Source of the DNA: Methanobacteriota archaeon
GTDB lineage: Archaea; Halobacteriota; Bog-38; Methanoflorentales; Methanoflorentaceae
Reading direction: 5' to 3'
DNA length: 64,000 nucleotides
NCBI GenBank assembly: GCA_963720465.1
Contig: OY970393.1
Coordinates: forward strand, 96,001 to 160,000
Shown here: positions 1 to 10,132 of the stretch, in pieces
How positions within the stretch are numbered: position 1 is the stretch's first letter
Layout of the letters: each line of letters starts with the position of its first letter
Program-made: the position numbers and the translations under genes
Notes under the pieces: generated by a model
What the model was told of the DNA's origin: nothing
Database searches by the model: none
The model's input: the letters and a program-made list of their open reading frames with translations, nothing else

Positions 1-342
1 TACAACCTATCCGTAAGCAACGTCTCGGGACTTGCGCTGGGAGAACACCAAATCCTCGCAAAATACGAAGGCAACGCCGATTATGCGGGTGCACAAGCAG
101 AAGGCGTGCTGCTCGTTATCGCAGCACCGACGCCAACACCAACCCCAACGCCAAGACCAACCGCAACACCAACCCCAACACCAACCCCAACGCCAAGACC
201 AACCGCAACACCAACCCCAACGCTTAGACCAGCGCCATCGTCTTCCCCGACGTCCAGGCCTACACCGAGTCCATCATCAACACCCACAGCAAGCCCGACC
301 CCGACGCCAAGCCCATCGAGGCGAACGCGATCGGTTACCTGA
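1..342 (+). CDS. C-terminal part of a surface/secreted protein: Ig-like domain end plus Pro/Thr-rich tail (5'-truncated by window)
   Basis: Frame 1 is open from base 1: [30 protein letters not shown], typical of the end of an Ig-like (Big_3-type) repeat, then a PTPTP tail to TGA at 340-342. Confidence 0.7.
   Translation, partial: YNLSVSNVSGLALGEHQILAKYEGNADYAGAQAEGVLLVIAAPTPTPTPTPRPTATPTPTPTPTPRPTATPTPTLRPAPSSSPTSRPTPSPSSTPTASPTPTPSPSRRTRSVT
139..222 (+). repeat. Tandem 42-nt duplication encoding [14 protein letters not shown]
   Basis: ccaaccccaacgccaagaccaaccgcaacaccaaccccaac(a/g) occurs at 139-180 and 181-222. Confidence 0.9.
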
Positions 343-500
343 GATGCGAGGACGTGTCGCGGCGCGATATGCCGTTGGTGCGCCGTGACTTCTCACGCTT
401 CTCAGGTAGGCACGAGGCGATCTACCGAGACTTATGCGCAGACGTGTTATGATGGAGCTTGAGAAGCGTGCCGCAGACTTGAAGCGTGGCGGTGATCTCG

Positions 501-895
501 TCACTTCCGCAGGGCCTGCGATTTGAGCCAATCAGCAATCGCCGGCAGCTCAAGTTCGTTTCGCGCAATAGTTAACACGAAACTCTTTATCGGTGCTTTG
601 GGATCTATATAGTAACCATTTTGTTCTAGGAAGAGAACGCGCGCTAGGAAACCTTCTTTTCGTCCCCTTGATCAATGCATGCGTACTGATGATACATTCG
701 ATCAGGGAAGCAGCTTTCAAGAATATGTTGGGGTAAGGCGTATACCCATAAATTTGCGTTCGAGGGCGATCAAGGCAGCTTGAAGTAGATTATCACGAAT
801 GCCGGGGTGAAGACACGTGTCGCGCTCGCCTTCAATCGCCTCAATCATCTCGTGTGTATGCTTCGAATCTGCTGCGCGGTCAAGTACACGACCAT
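501..895 (-). pseudogene. doc: Doc (Fic family, death-on-curing) toxin pseudogene with three frameshifts
   Basis: Joined frames read MVVYLTAQQIRSIH / EMIEAIEG..PGIRDNLLQAA / DRPRTQIYGYTPYPNIFLKAASLIECIISTHALIKGTKR / GFLARVLFLEQNGYY..FVLTIARNELELPAIADWLK. This is collinear with the Doc consensus; the Fic motif HPFxDGNKR has decayed to HALIKGTKR. Confidence 0.75.
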
Positions 896-897
896 CG

Positions 898-1020
898 CTA
901 AAACTCCGCAAGCTCTTCTAGCACGCTTCGGTACCGCTCGATAGCTTCACAGAGCAACTTCTCAAAGTCCTCTTCTTGCTGAAAAGTTTCGTGGGTAGTG
1001 CCTGACTCGCCTGTGTCAAC
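898..1020 (-). pseudogene. Remnant or short antitoxin partner of Doc
   Basis: EEDFEKLLCEAIERYRSVLEELAEF resembles the C-terminal helix of Doc-partner antitoxins; its stop is 2 nt before the doc ATG; start codon unclear. Confidence 0.5.
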
Positions 1021-1027
1021 CTCTCTT

Positions 1028-2206
1028 TCAATCTTTGACAAACTTGTTGTATGCACGGCTTTGAAAACCGTGGTATTTAGAGAATCCCTCTGCATCGCGT
1101 TGATCTAGCGCCTTATCATTGAAAGAAACGAGTGCCTCCGAATACAACGCCTTGGGCGAACTTCGAGCGACGGCGGTTGCCTTTCCCGCATGCAGTAGCA
1201 ACGTAACCGAACCGGTGACCCGTTCTTGCGTTTTGTCGATAAACGCGTCTAGTGCGGCGGTCAGCGGTTCGTCTAATAAGCCTTGATAGATCAGCTCAGC
1301 CCACTCCGCTTCGACTTGCGCCTTGAACTTTCGTTCCAGTCGCGTCAGGACAAGTGCCTCCAACTCTTGGTGAGCCGTCAGAATAACGGTCGCGGCGGGA
1401 TGCTCGTAGATCTCTCGCGCTTTGAGGCCAAGAACGCGGTCTTCGATGAGGTCGGTTCGACCGACACCGAATTTTCCCGCCACATCGTTGAGCTTCTTGA
1501 TGAGCTCAAGTCCGCTCACGTGTGCGCCATCTAATGCGATTGGGGTACCTTTTTCGAAATCGAGGTTTAACAGGAGTTTGCCTCGCGTTTTTCTCGGCGC
1601 CGTTGTCCACTGATAGATGTCCTCTGGCGGGATACAGGAGGTGTCTTCGAGACGACCCCCCTCGATGGAACGGGACCAGAGGTTTTCGTCTACGCTGTAA
1701 GGCTTCTCAAAAGTAATCGGCACGTCAAGATCGTGTTCGAGCGCATATTCGATCTCCTCGGAACGCGTCAGATTGAGTTCACGCATTGGCGCGTGAATTT
1801 TGTATTTTGATGCTCGGAATACCGCTTCGAACCGAAGCTGGTCATTGCCCTTACCGGTGCAGCCGTGTGCGATCGCTGAGACGTGCTCTCTCTCGGCGAT
1901 TTCGAGCACTTTCTTTGCGATGAGTGGTCGAGCAATAGCTTGTCCCAGGGTATATCCTTCGTAGTTGCCGTTTGCCTTGATCAGCGGAAACAAGTACGTC
2001 TCGACGAACTCGTTCTTCGCATCTACCGTGTAATGCTTGTCGCTCAGCTTGCCAGCCCGCGCTTCTGCGTTTCTCAGGTCGCGCTCGGGTTGGCCGACGT
2101 CAACCGTAACGGTGACAATCTCATCATACTGGTATTGCTCTCTCAAGATCGGAACGCAGACAGAAGTGTCCAGACCTCCAGAATATGAAAGCACGACTTT
2201 GCTCAT
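1028..2206 (-). CDS. argG: Argininosuccinate synthase
   Basis: [38 protein letters not shown] and [11 protein letters not shown] motifs; AGGTGA SD before ATG 2206. Confidence 0.97.
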   Translation of the reverse strand: MSKVVLSYSGGLDTSVCVPILREQYQYDEIVTVTVDVGQPERDLRNAEARAGKLSDKHYTVDAKNEFVETYLFPLIKANGNYEGYTLGQAIARPLIAKKVLEIAEREHVSAIAHGCTGKGNDQLRFEAVFRASKYKIHAPMRELNLTRSEEIEYALEHDLDVPITFEKPYSVDENLWSRSIEGGRLEDTSCIPPEDIYQWTTAPRKTRGKLLLNLDFEKGTPIALDGAHVSGLELIKKLNDVAGKFGVGRTDLIEDRVLGLKAREIYEHPAATVILTAHQELEALVLTRLERKFKAQVEAEWAELIYQGLLDEPLTAALDAFIDKTQERVTGSVTLLLHAGKATAVARSSPKALYSEALVSFNDKALDQRDAEGFSKYHGFQSRAYNKFVKD

Positions 2207-2259
2207 CACAATCACCTAGATGAAGTAGTTTTACAGTTTTTGCTCGCGTCTGTTATCGG

Positions 2260-2745
2260 CTACCTCAAGCGCGCGCGAATTACGGCGGTGTTGGCGACCG
2301 TATCTGAGAACCGTTGTCGTGGGTCACCTTGAGTCACGAAGCCTACGATCAGATCGAGTGCGAATAGGAGCGCGAAAGCCGGAAGCCAAGCTTTAGTGAA
2401 ACTTCTCACAAAAGCCTTTGTATAGCTCATGCTGCCGCCTAGCGACCTTACTTTTACGTCCATAAAACGCTTGCCAATCGTCGCACCTGTCGATCCTTCT
2501 AATGCGACGTAGTAACCCCACACGATGATGAGGCCAAATATGACTGAAAATCCCGAAAATAATCCCCCAAAAGCGCTTACGTTGAATACTAACAAAGGCA
2601 AGAACAAAACAATTGCCAGGACGGCGTTTAATACCACGAACACGACGAGCAAAATTAACGAGTCGATGACGAACGCTATTGCGCGTCGCGTCCATAGATT
2701 TTGGAGTGCGCTATTGGCTCGTACAACTTCAAACCTTCGCTGCAT
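2260..2745 (-). CDS. RDD family membrane protein
   Basis: RRAIAFVID, GATIGKRFMDVKV and QRFSDTVANTAV match the RDD signature; hydrophobic segments. Confidence 0.85.
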   Translation of the reverse strand: MQRRFEVVRANSALQNLWTRRAIAFVIDSLILLVVFVVLNAVLAIVLFLPLLVFNVSAFGGLFSGFSVIFGLIIVWGYYVALEGSTGATIGKRFMDVKVRSLGGSMSYTKAFVRSFTKAWLPAFALLFALDLIVGFVTQGDPRQRFSDTVANTAVIRARLR

Positions 2746-3004
2746 TGTGTCGCTCCACAGTTACACGCGCGAGCTTAAAAGCATTTTTATCGACGCTGCA
2801 CCCCTGTGATCCGTCTCTTTTCCGAGCACACTTCATATTGCGGCCCTCAAACGCGAGAGCGGATGGGCGGGTACAGTTCGTTGCCTTTGCAACTGTTGCT
2901 CTCTCGCAGTAGCGGCCAGGTGCAGAACTACTACTCGAGAAACTCAGCTTTGAACACACGCGAGACGCTTGGCATCCATTGAAGCGGCGCGATCGTACAC
3001 GCAA

Positions 3005-6000
3005 TTAGCTTTCCGGCCATAAATCGTTAATGTAGCTATTCAAAGGCCTTATCGTGAGGTTCTGAGCTCGTGGCTCATCGTAATGCTCCAGCATCGTGTG
3101 GATGGCATCAGCTGAAGCTCGGGCTCCTTGGACACTTGTTATGTACGGCACATTGTGATCTACGGCTGCGCGCCGCAGCACCTCTCCATCAAGCCGGGAC
3201 TGCTTCCACGTAGGGGTGTTGATTATTAGTTGTATCCCGCCGCTGCGCATCATGTCTAGCAGTTCGGGGCTGTCGGTGAGTTTCGGCACCGTGGTCACTG
3301 GCACATCGCGCTCTCCAAGGTAGGTTGCTGTCCCGACCGTCGCTAGCAGCTTGAATCCGACTTTCTGTAGTGATTTTGCGATGCCGCATAATTCAGCCTT
3401 ATCTTCGTCTCTTACCGAGATGAACACCGTCCCCGAAAGTGGCAGTTCATTCTCGCTCGCGAGGGCTGCCTTGTAAAATGCTCTTCCGAAGTCGTAGTCT
3501 ATGCCCATGACCTCTCCCGTACTTTTCATTTCGGGGCCTAATATCGGATCTACTCCAGGGAGCTTGTCAAAAGGAAGTACCACTTCTTTCACGGCAACGT
3601 GCCCGATCGTGGGCTCTGTCGGATAAAGGTCGCGCAACCGCTGCCCCACTATCACTTTGGCGGCGATCTTTGCCAACGGCAAGCCCGTGGCTTTTGAGAC
3701 ATAGGGAATCGTTCTGCTTGAGCGTGGATTTGCTTCTAGAACGTAAACCGTCCCGTCTTTTATCGCCATTTGAAGGTTGATGAGCCCAATGACGTTAAGC
3801 GCACGGGCAATCCTCCTCACGTAGTTCTTAATAATTTCCTGCGTCTCAGCGTCAATCGATTGAGCTGGGATGACGACCGCTGAGTCGCCGGAGTGAATCC
3901 CTGCCTCTTCGATATGTTCCATTATGGCGGGCACCAGGACTTCATCTCCGTCACTGACTGCGTCGACATCGATCTCAACAGCGTGCTGCAAGAACTTGTC
4001 GATCAGCACTGGGTGTTGTCTGGATACCCTCACCGCTTCGTCAATATAACGGTCCAACTCGGATTCGTCGTAGACGATCTCCATGGCGCGGCCCCCGAGC
4101 ACGTATGAAGGTCGTACGAGAAGCGGATAACCTATCTCTCGCGCGATTTTCGTCGCTCCCTCGCGCGAAGTCGCAGAGCCGCTTTCCGGCTGCGGAATAG
4201 CGAGCTGCTCCAACAGTCTCGAAAATCGATCTCGATCTTCTGCAATGTCAATGGAGTCGGGGGATGTGCCGAGGACCCTCGTTGAAAACCCTCTTCGTTT
4301 GATCTCACTTTCAAGAGGGATAGCGAGGTTTACGGAAGTTTGGCCCCCGAATTGAACGAGAACGCCGTAAGGTTCTTCTTTTTCAATGATATTCATCACG
4401 TCTTCTAGCGTTAGAGGTTCAAAGAAGAGCTTATCTGACGTGTCATAGTCGGTCGAAACCGTCTCGGGATTGTTGTTTATGATATGCGCTTCTATGTTTT
4501 CCTCTCGTAGCGAGAGCACAGCGTGGACCGTACAGTAATCGAATTCAATCCCTTGTCCTATTCTGATGGGGCCTGCCCCTACGATGAGCACTTTCGTTCG
4601 GTCTGTAGGAACGACCTCGTTCTGTTGTTCGTAAGTCGAGTAGTAGTATGGCGTCTGCGCTCGAAACTCAGCAGCGCACGTATCGACCATCTTGTACGTC
4701 GCCGTTACATTGTGCGTTTTGCGATGTCTGAGGTCTGTGACCTTCGTTCGTTCAAGACCGGCCAGGTCAGCAATCTGCTGGTCGGTGAATCCGAGACGCT
4801 TTGCTCGTCGCAGATCTTCAGCGCTTATCTGCTTAGCGTGTCGGTTCAGGTACTTGTCTTCGAGGTAAGCCTCAAAATCAACTATATTCTTAATTTTCCG
4901 TATGAAAAATGGATCAATGTCCGCGCGTTGTGCTATTTCCGCGACAGCGTGCCCTTTCTTAAGGGCGCTGTAGATCTGAAATAGTCGCTTGTCAGTGGGG
5001 GTTGATATCAAATCAATGGGATCTTCAGCGATGGAAACTGCGATATCCAAATCGAGCGATCGGATCGCTTTCTGAAGTGACTCCTCGAGCGTTCGACCAA
5101 TCGCCATGACTTCGCCCGTGCTCTTCATGGCCGTTCCTAGGGTATTATCTGCCCTCGTGAACTTGTCAAACGGCCATCGCGGTATTTTGACGACCGTATA
5201 ATCTATGGTCGGCTCAAATGAGGCTGGCGTTTCGTTGGTAACTCGGTTGGGGATCTCGCTGAGTCGCATCCCGATTGCGATCTTTGCTGAGACGCGCGCG
5301 ATAGGATACCCCGTCGCTTTTGATGCAAGCGCCGATGAACGTGATACCCGCGGATTTACCTCGATAACGCGGTACTCTCCGTTTTTCAGGGCGAACTGTA
5401 TGTTGCAGCCGCCTTCGATTTGCAGGGCACGAATAATTCGAATCGAAGCGCTTCGCAGCATCTGGTGTTCAACATCGGAAAGGGTTTGCGACGGCGTCAC
5501 GACGATCGACTCGCCCGTGTGCACGCCCATAGGGTCGACGTTTTCCATGTTGCAGATGGTGATGCAGGTATCTCCTGAATCGCGCATCACTTCGTATTCG
5601 AATTCTTTCCATCCGAGGACGCTTTCTTCCACTAAGACTTGGCCGATGCGCGATTTTTTTATCCCGTTCTCGATGATGGCCTTCAATTGCCCTTCGTTTC
5701 TGGCTATGCCACTGCCACCTCCCCCGAGGGTGTACGCAGATCTGACGATTGAAGGCAAGCCGAGTTCCGCTGCCAGCCATTGGTAGTCATTCGAGTCATA
5801 GACCGCGTGGCTTTTGGGGACTCTTTCTCCGATGCCTTCCATCGTTGTCCGGAACCTTTCCCTGTCCTCGGCCATATAAATGGTCTCGAGGGGTGTTCCT
5901 AGGGGTTTAACGTTATATTCTGCCAAAACGCCCATCTCTGCCAGTTCGGCCGTGATATTGAGGCCCGTTTGCCCTCCCAGACCCGCTATTATTCCGTCAG

Positions 6001-6247
6001 GTTGTTCCTTTCGCACGATTGCAGCTACAATGTCGGGCTTCAGCGGTTCAATGTATACCGCGTCCGCCATGTTCGGGTCGGTCATTATCGTTGCGGGATT
6101 TGAGTTCACCAAGGTGACCGACACCCCCTCTTCTCGCAAAGAGGTGCAGGCTTGGCTCCCGCTGAAGTCGAACTCGGCCGCTTGCCCGATCACTATTGGA
6201 CCGGAGCCGATGAGTAGCACTTTTCCTATGTCTGCTCTTTTTGGCAT
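3005..6247 (-). CDS. carB: Carbamoyl-phosphate synthase large subunit
   Basis: MPKRADIGKVLLIGSGPIVIGQAAEFDFSG, two ATP-grasp halves, C-terminal MGS domain. Confidence 0.98.
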   Translation of the reverse strand: MPKRADIGKVLLIGSGPIVIGQAAEFDFSGSQACTSLREEGVSVTLVNSNPATIMTDPNMADAVYIEPLKPDIVAAIVRKEQPDGIIAGLGGQTGLNITAELAEMGVLAEYNVKPLGTPLETIYMAEDRERFRTTMEGIGERVPKSHAVYDSNDYQWLAAELGLPSIVRSAYTLGGGGSGIARNEGQLKAIIENGIKKSRIGQVLVEESVLGWKEFEYEVMRDSGDTCITICNMENVDPMGVHTGESIVVTPSQTLSDVEHQMLRSASIRIIRALQIEGGCNIQFALKNGEYRVIEVNPRVSRSSALASKATGYPIARVSAKIAIGMRLSEIPNRVTNETPASFEPTIDYTVVKIPRWPFDKFTRADNTLGTAMKSTGEVMAIGRTLEESLQKAIRSLDLDIAVSIAEDPIDLISTPTDKRLFQIYSALKKGHAVAEIAQRADIDPFFIRKIKNIVDFEAYLEDKYLNRHAKQISAEDLRRAKRLGFTDQQIADLAGLERTKVTDLRHRKTHNVTATYKMVDTCAAEFRAQTPYYYSTYEQQNEVVPTDRTKVLIVGAGPIRIGQGIEFDYCTVHAVLSLREENIEAHIINNNPETVSTDYDTSDKLFFEPLTLEDVMNIIEKEEPYGVLVQFGGQTSVNLAIPLESEIKRRGFSTRVLGTSPDSIDIAEDRDRFSRLLEQLAIPQPESGSATSREGATKIAREIGYPLLVRPSYVLGGRAMEIVYDESELDRYIDEAVRVSRQHPVLIDKFLQHAVEIDVDAVSDGDEVLVPAIMEHIEEAGIHSGDSAVVIPAQSIDAETQEIIKNYVRRIARALNVIGLINLQMAIKDGTVYVLEANPRSSRTIPYVSKATGLPLAKIAAKVIVGQRLRDLYPTEPTIGHVAVKEVVLPFDKLPGVDPILGPEMKSTGEVMGIDYDFGRAFYKAALASENELPLSGTVFISVRDEDKAELCGIAKSLQKVGFKLLATVGTATYLGERDVPVTTVPKLTDSPELLDMMRSGGIQLIINTPTWKQSRLDGEVLRRAAVDHNVPYITSVQGARASADAIHTMLEHYDEPRAQNLTIRPLNSYINDLWPES

Positions 6248-6280
6248 TCTTCTTGGGCGCACACTAGGGCGTTTATGCCG

Positions 6281-7357
6281 TCACATGCTGCGACCTGCGA
6301 CATCGGTAATCTGGTCGAAAAACGATTTCTCAAGGTCGTGTGGACCAGGGGATGCTTCGGGGTGATATTGTACGCTCATGATACGTAGGTATTCATTTTC
6401 AATGCCTTCGACGGTGTTATCGTTGGCGTTGACCTGTGTAACAGTCATTTTATTCCTTTGGTCGTAGCGAACTGCGTAACCGTGATTTTGCGCAGTGATG
6501 TATACGCGCTGCGTGCGAAGGTCCAAAACGGGTTGGTTCGCACCTCGATGTCCAAATTTTAGTTTATACGTCTCTCCATCAAGTGCGAGGGCGATCAGCT
6601 GATGTCCGAGACATATCCCAAAGATGGGCAGTTGTCCCGCGAAGTCGCGGACCACGCGAATCCCGTTCTTGGCTTGAGCGGGATCGCCCGGGCCGTTGGA
6701 AAGCAATATCGCGTCAGGTTCGTAGTCTGCTATTCTTTTTCCCGGCGTGTCTGCAGGCACGACGATGAGGTCGACGTCGCGACGCTGTAGATTCCTAATT
6801 GTGTTTTGCTTGACGCCAAAGTCCATGAGAACGAAACGCTTTCCATTGCCGGGAATTCGGTAGGCGTTAGCGCAGGTGACCTCTGATACTAGGTCAAGGG
6901 TGGCGATGTCCGGAGCGAGGCGTGCAAGGTCAAGAGCCCTTCGAATGTCGGCGCGCGACCCTTTAGCGCTTGGCAAGAGGCATGCTTGCATTGCGCCTTC
7001 GTCGCGGATCATAATAGTGATCATCCGGGTGTCAATGTCCCATATGCCGGGAATTTCGTAAGCCTTGAGGAACGCATCGAGTGTCTGGTCGTTGGTGGGG
7101 TGTTCACACAGCTCTCTGATGACGAATGCTTCGGCTTGTATGCCTGCTGACTGGCAGTCGTCATAGTTTACGCCGTAATTTCCGACCAATGGATAGGTGA
7201 ATAGCAAGATTTGGCCGTTGTACGAGGGATCGGTCAGCGCTTCCACGTAGCCCGTGTAAGGGGTGGCGAAAACAAGCTCGCCCGTCGCAGCGCGCTTCGC
7301 TCCAAACCTTTTTCCTACCAATGCAACGCCATTTTCAAACGCGAGAATCGCTTTCAT
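6281..7357 (-). CDS. carA: Carbamoyl-phosphate synthase small subunit
   Basis: LTDPSYNGQIL, SNGPGDP, GICLGHQL, FGHRGANQPV and QYHPEASPGP motifs. Confidence 0.98.
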   Translation of the reverse strand: MKAILAFENGVALVGKRFGAKRAATGELVFATPYTGYVEALTDPSYNGQILLFTYPLVGNYGVNYDDCQSAGIQAEAFVIRELCEHPTNDQTLDAFLKAYEIPGIWDIDTRMITIMIRDEGAMQACLLPSAKGSRADIRRALDLARLAPDIATLDLVSEVTCANAYRIPGNGKRFVLMDFGVKQNTIRNLQRRDVDLIVVPADTPGKRIADYEPDAILLSNGPGDPAQAKNGIRVVRDFAGQLPIFGICLGHQLIALALDGETYKLKFGHRGANQPVLDLRTQRVYITAQNHGYAVRYDQRNKMTVTQVNANDNTVEGIENEYLRIMSVQYHPEASPGPHDLEKSFFDQITDVAGRSM

Positions 7358-7601
7358 GATCGTTCTACGGGAAGACGCGGGTTCTAGCTTGACGGTCGTG
7401 CATCTTTTATGCTAATCACGAGTATCTGGTAAATAAGTTATTGCGTTCAGCGCGGCACACCGGCACGACCATTGGTAGCGGTATAACGGACTAACCGACG
7501 ATGGCGCGAAAGCAGCAAGCGATGAGCAATTATGAGAAGCGTTCCTGTAAGCGGCTGAAAGCTTTAAAATGCGCGATCGCCGCCTGGATTTGAAGTTACC
7601 T

Positions 7602-8423
7602 ATGGAAAAATCGAAAGTTGCCTTGCGGCTTGCGTATGTAGGAACTGCGTACGCAGGTTTTCAGACACAACCGGGCCGCGCAACCGTACAAGCGGCGGTT
7701 GTCGAAGCTTTGCGCAGCGCGCGACTCTTTGACGAGCCTCGTGCTGCTCGTTTTTCGGCCTCTGGCAGAACAGACAAAGGAGTTCACGCTCTCGATGCGG
7801 TGGTCGCGTTTGAAACTGATGCTCGTGAGTTAGCCCTCCCTCGTCACATTAATACTCATCTGCCGGCAGAGATTTGGACGTGGGCGCGCGCGGATGTGCC
7901 CATTACGTTCGATGCCCGACGGGATGCTCTCCTGCGCGAATACCAATACATTTTGTGCGATGGGCACTTCGATGTACAAGCCATGCGTGAGGCAGCTGAT
8001 CTTTTGTACGGCGTGCACGATTTTCACAATTTCAGCCTCGAGAAACGGCGGCCGACCGTCAGGACAGTCTTTTCTTCGGGCGTGCGATTGTCGGGCAACT
8101 TTATCGTTGTGGACATCGCCGCTAATAGTTTCGTGTGGAACATGATGAGAAAACTCGTTACGGGGTTGACTCTTGTAGGAAACGGACAGCGAAGCGTTGC
8201 GTGGTTTGGGAACATGTTGGAGCGAAGTCACGTTGAAGGGATCCGGTCAGCGCCCGCTTCGGGACTCATACTCACGCGGGTCGAATATGACGGCATCGAC
8301 TTCGTCGAGGATATGTATGCGAAGAAGCGTGCACAGCAGCGCATAAAGGAAGCACTTGTGCACAACGGTGTTATGATGCAAATCCTGAAGCGTTTTGACG
8401 AACGAATGGCGGGGACCCTTTAA
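7602..8423 (+). CDS. truA: tRNA pseudouridine(38-40) synthase
   Basis: YVGTAYAGFQTQP, SGRTDKGVHA and SFVWNMMRK motifs; alternative ATG at 7569. Confidence 0.95.
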   Translation: MEKSKVALRLAYVGTAYAGFQTQPGRATVQAAVVEALRSARLFDEPRAARFSASGRTDKGVHALDAVVAFETDARELALPRHINTHLPAEIWTWARADVPITFDARRDALLREYQYILCDGHFDVQAMREAADLLYGVHDFHNFSLEKRRPTVRTVFSSGVRLSGNFIVVDIAANSFVWNMMRKLVTGLTLVGNGQRSVAWFGNMLERSHVEGIRSAPASGLILTRVEYDGIDFVEDMYAKKRAQQRIKEALVHNGVMMQILKRFDERMAGTL

Positions 8424-8433
8424 AACGCGGGGC

Positions 8434-10051
8434 TTAGTACTCATCGAGGTATTTTTGCTCGCGATGTGAGTCCGTTTTGCGCATTTCCTCGTGATTGCCT
8501 GCACGTTGTTTACCGCCGCGCTTAACGGGCAATTCTGAAGGTGAATCACCCTGATTTTCAGATGGAGAGTGCGACGCGTCTAAACTAACCGGCATCTTGC
8601 GCGCTGAAATCGGTTGACGTACGGGCGTCTCCCCGCTGTTTAATCCTTGCGCTATTTGTAATGCGGTTTTTACCGTTGGGGCATCCTTTTTGGCATCCAT
8701 TAGAAACGCAAGTTCGTCGGCAGTGAGATGCAGTGCTGCCGTTATGCCTGCCGGGTTCCTCTCTGCAAGCTCTTTGTACAGTGGAATAGTATCTTGCCGC
8801 GCTTTGGTGACTGAGATGTGGTTTGCGGTGCCGATTTTAGTTGCCACCGCGTCCCTCAAAGCGCGTTTAGACCGTGTCTGCCCGAGGCGCATCCAGTGCG
8901 TTGGTGGGGAGTATTTGGCCGCGGCAGCGCGTTGTCCACGGTTTTTGCGGCTCACTACGTTCACTCCCGAGGTCATCAGTTCGGCGGCATATCTCCATAG
9001 GCCGTAGTTTTGTCTCTTTCGCGTTCTTCCGAGGTAGATATCAGCTCGACGCAGTACCCTGAAATGCGCGAGCGAGGCCCCCATCTTTCAAGGAACGTGG
9101 GAGGTTTTCGTCTACCCAGTGGATAAGGTCTTCAGGCGTCTGATCGACCCTGTACGAAATAGTGAGGGGCTTGATCATGTCGGTGTCGCTAAAAATGCTT
9201 CTCATTAGGTCGAATGGGGATTGGGCGCGATCGCGAGATGCGGTTTCCACCTGTGCCCCTCCGACGTATGCTTGAAAGTCGGTTATCGCCGATCTCAGAT
9301 CTCCTTTAGCGTTCTTCACGATCTTTTGAATGGAGACCATGTCGACAGCACTCAGCGATCGGCCAATGTCCGAGAGCGTCTCGCGTAGCGTCTCTAGGTC
9401 GCGCACCGAATCGATGAGAATCTCAAGATCAGCGGTGATCGCCTCCAGTTCTCCCGCATCTCGTGAAGCCCCCTCAGGCTGCTCGATCCGGGTCATCAAG
9501 TCAGCAACGCCCTCGCGGGCGTGCGAAACCTCTCTCCTCTCGTTGTGCCAGATATCTACCAGCGCTTTTTGCGCACTTTCCTCCGTGATGGCGAAAAAAG
9601 CGATGAGTTTGCAGCGTCCACGTAGTGTCGACGATACATCGTGCAGGTCGTTGGCCGTCAGAATCACAGGCTCGCGCGTTTTTTTTACCAGCTCGGTCAC
9701 TGCTTTTGCCCCGCCGCGATCAGAATTGCCGTGCAGATTGTCAATTTCGTCAAGCAGTATTAGCTTCTGAGCATTTTGGAGTGACGCGTTTCGTGATGCC
9801 GCTCCTACCGTCGCGTTAATAGTTCCTTGAGTACGCTTGTCACTGGCATTAAGCTCGAGCAACTGCCACCCCATGTCGTTTGCCAACGCGACTGCCGAGG
9901 ACGTTTTGCCGGTGCCGGGCTTGCCGTATAACAATGCTGCCGTTTTCTCTGCCGGCCAGTTCAGTGCCCATTTGCGGAGCTCTTCCACGGCTTTGTGATT
10001 GCCTCTCACTTCTGAGAGAGTCCGCGGACGGTATTTTTCAACTAGGTCCAT
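8434..10051 (-). CDS. rfcL: Replication factor C large subunit, split by a 1-nt frameshift near 9063
   Basis: VEKYRP, GKPGTGKTS, ELNASD, DEID and GDLRSAI lie in 9041-10072; ADIYLGRTRKRQNYGLWRYA lies in 8434-9084; removing one T from gcatttcagg joins the frames. Confidence 0.9.
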
Positions 10052-10132
10052 AGAATCAAGCGTAGAAATCAAGAGATAGGGCGGTATAAGGATATAAGAA
10101 CACCCTGTGCCTATTAATGTTTTGTGAACGAC

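Noticed and set aside
127-310. Repeat region as a CRISPR array
   Set aside because: It is a codon-phased tandem repeat with no unique spacers.
32-388. Gln/His/Pro-rich ORF and antisense Gly/Val ORF
   Set aside because: These are alternative-frame readings of the PT repeat; frame 1 gives a coherent protein from base 1.
9350-9551. RfcL insertion as an intein
   Set aside because: Too short, with no N-terminal Cys/Ser block and no His-Asn followed by Cys/Ser/Thr at its end.
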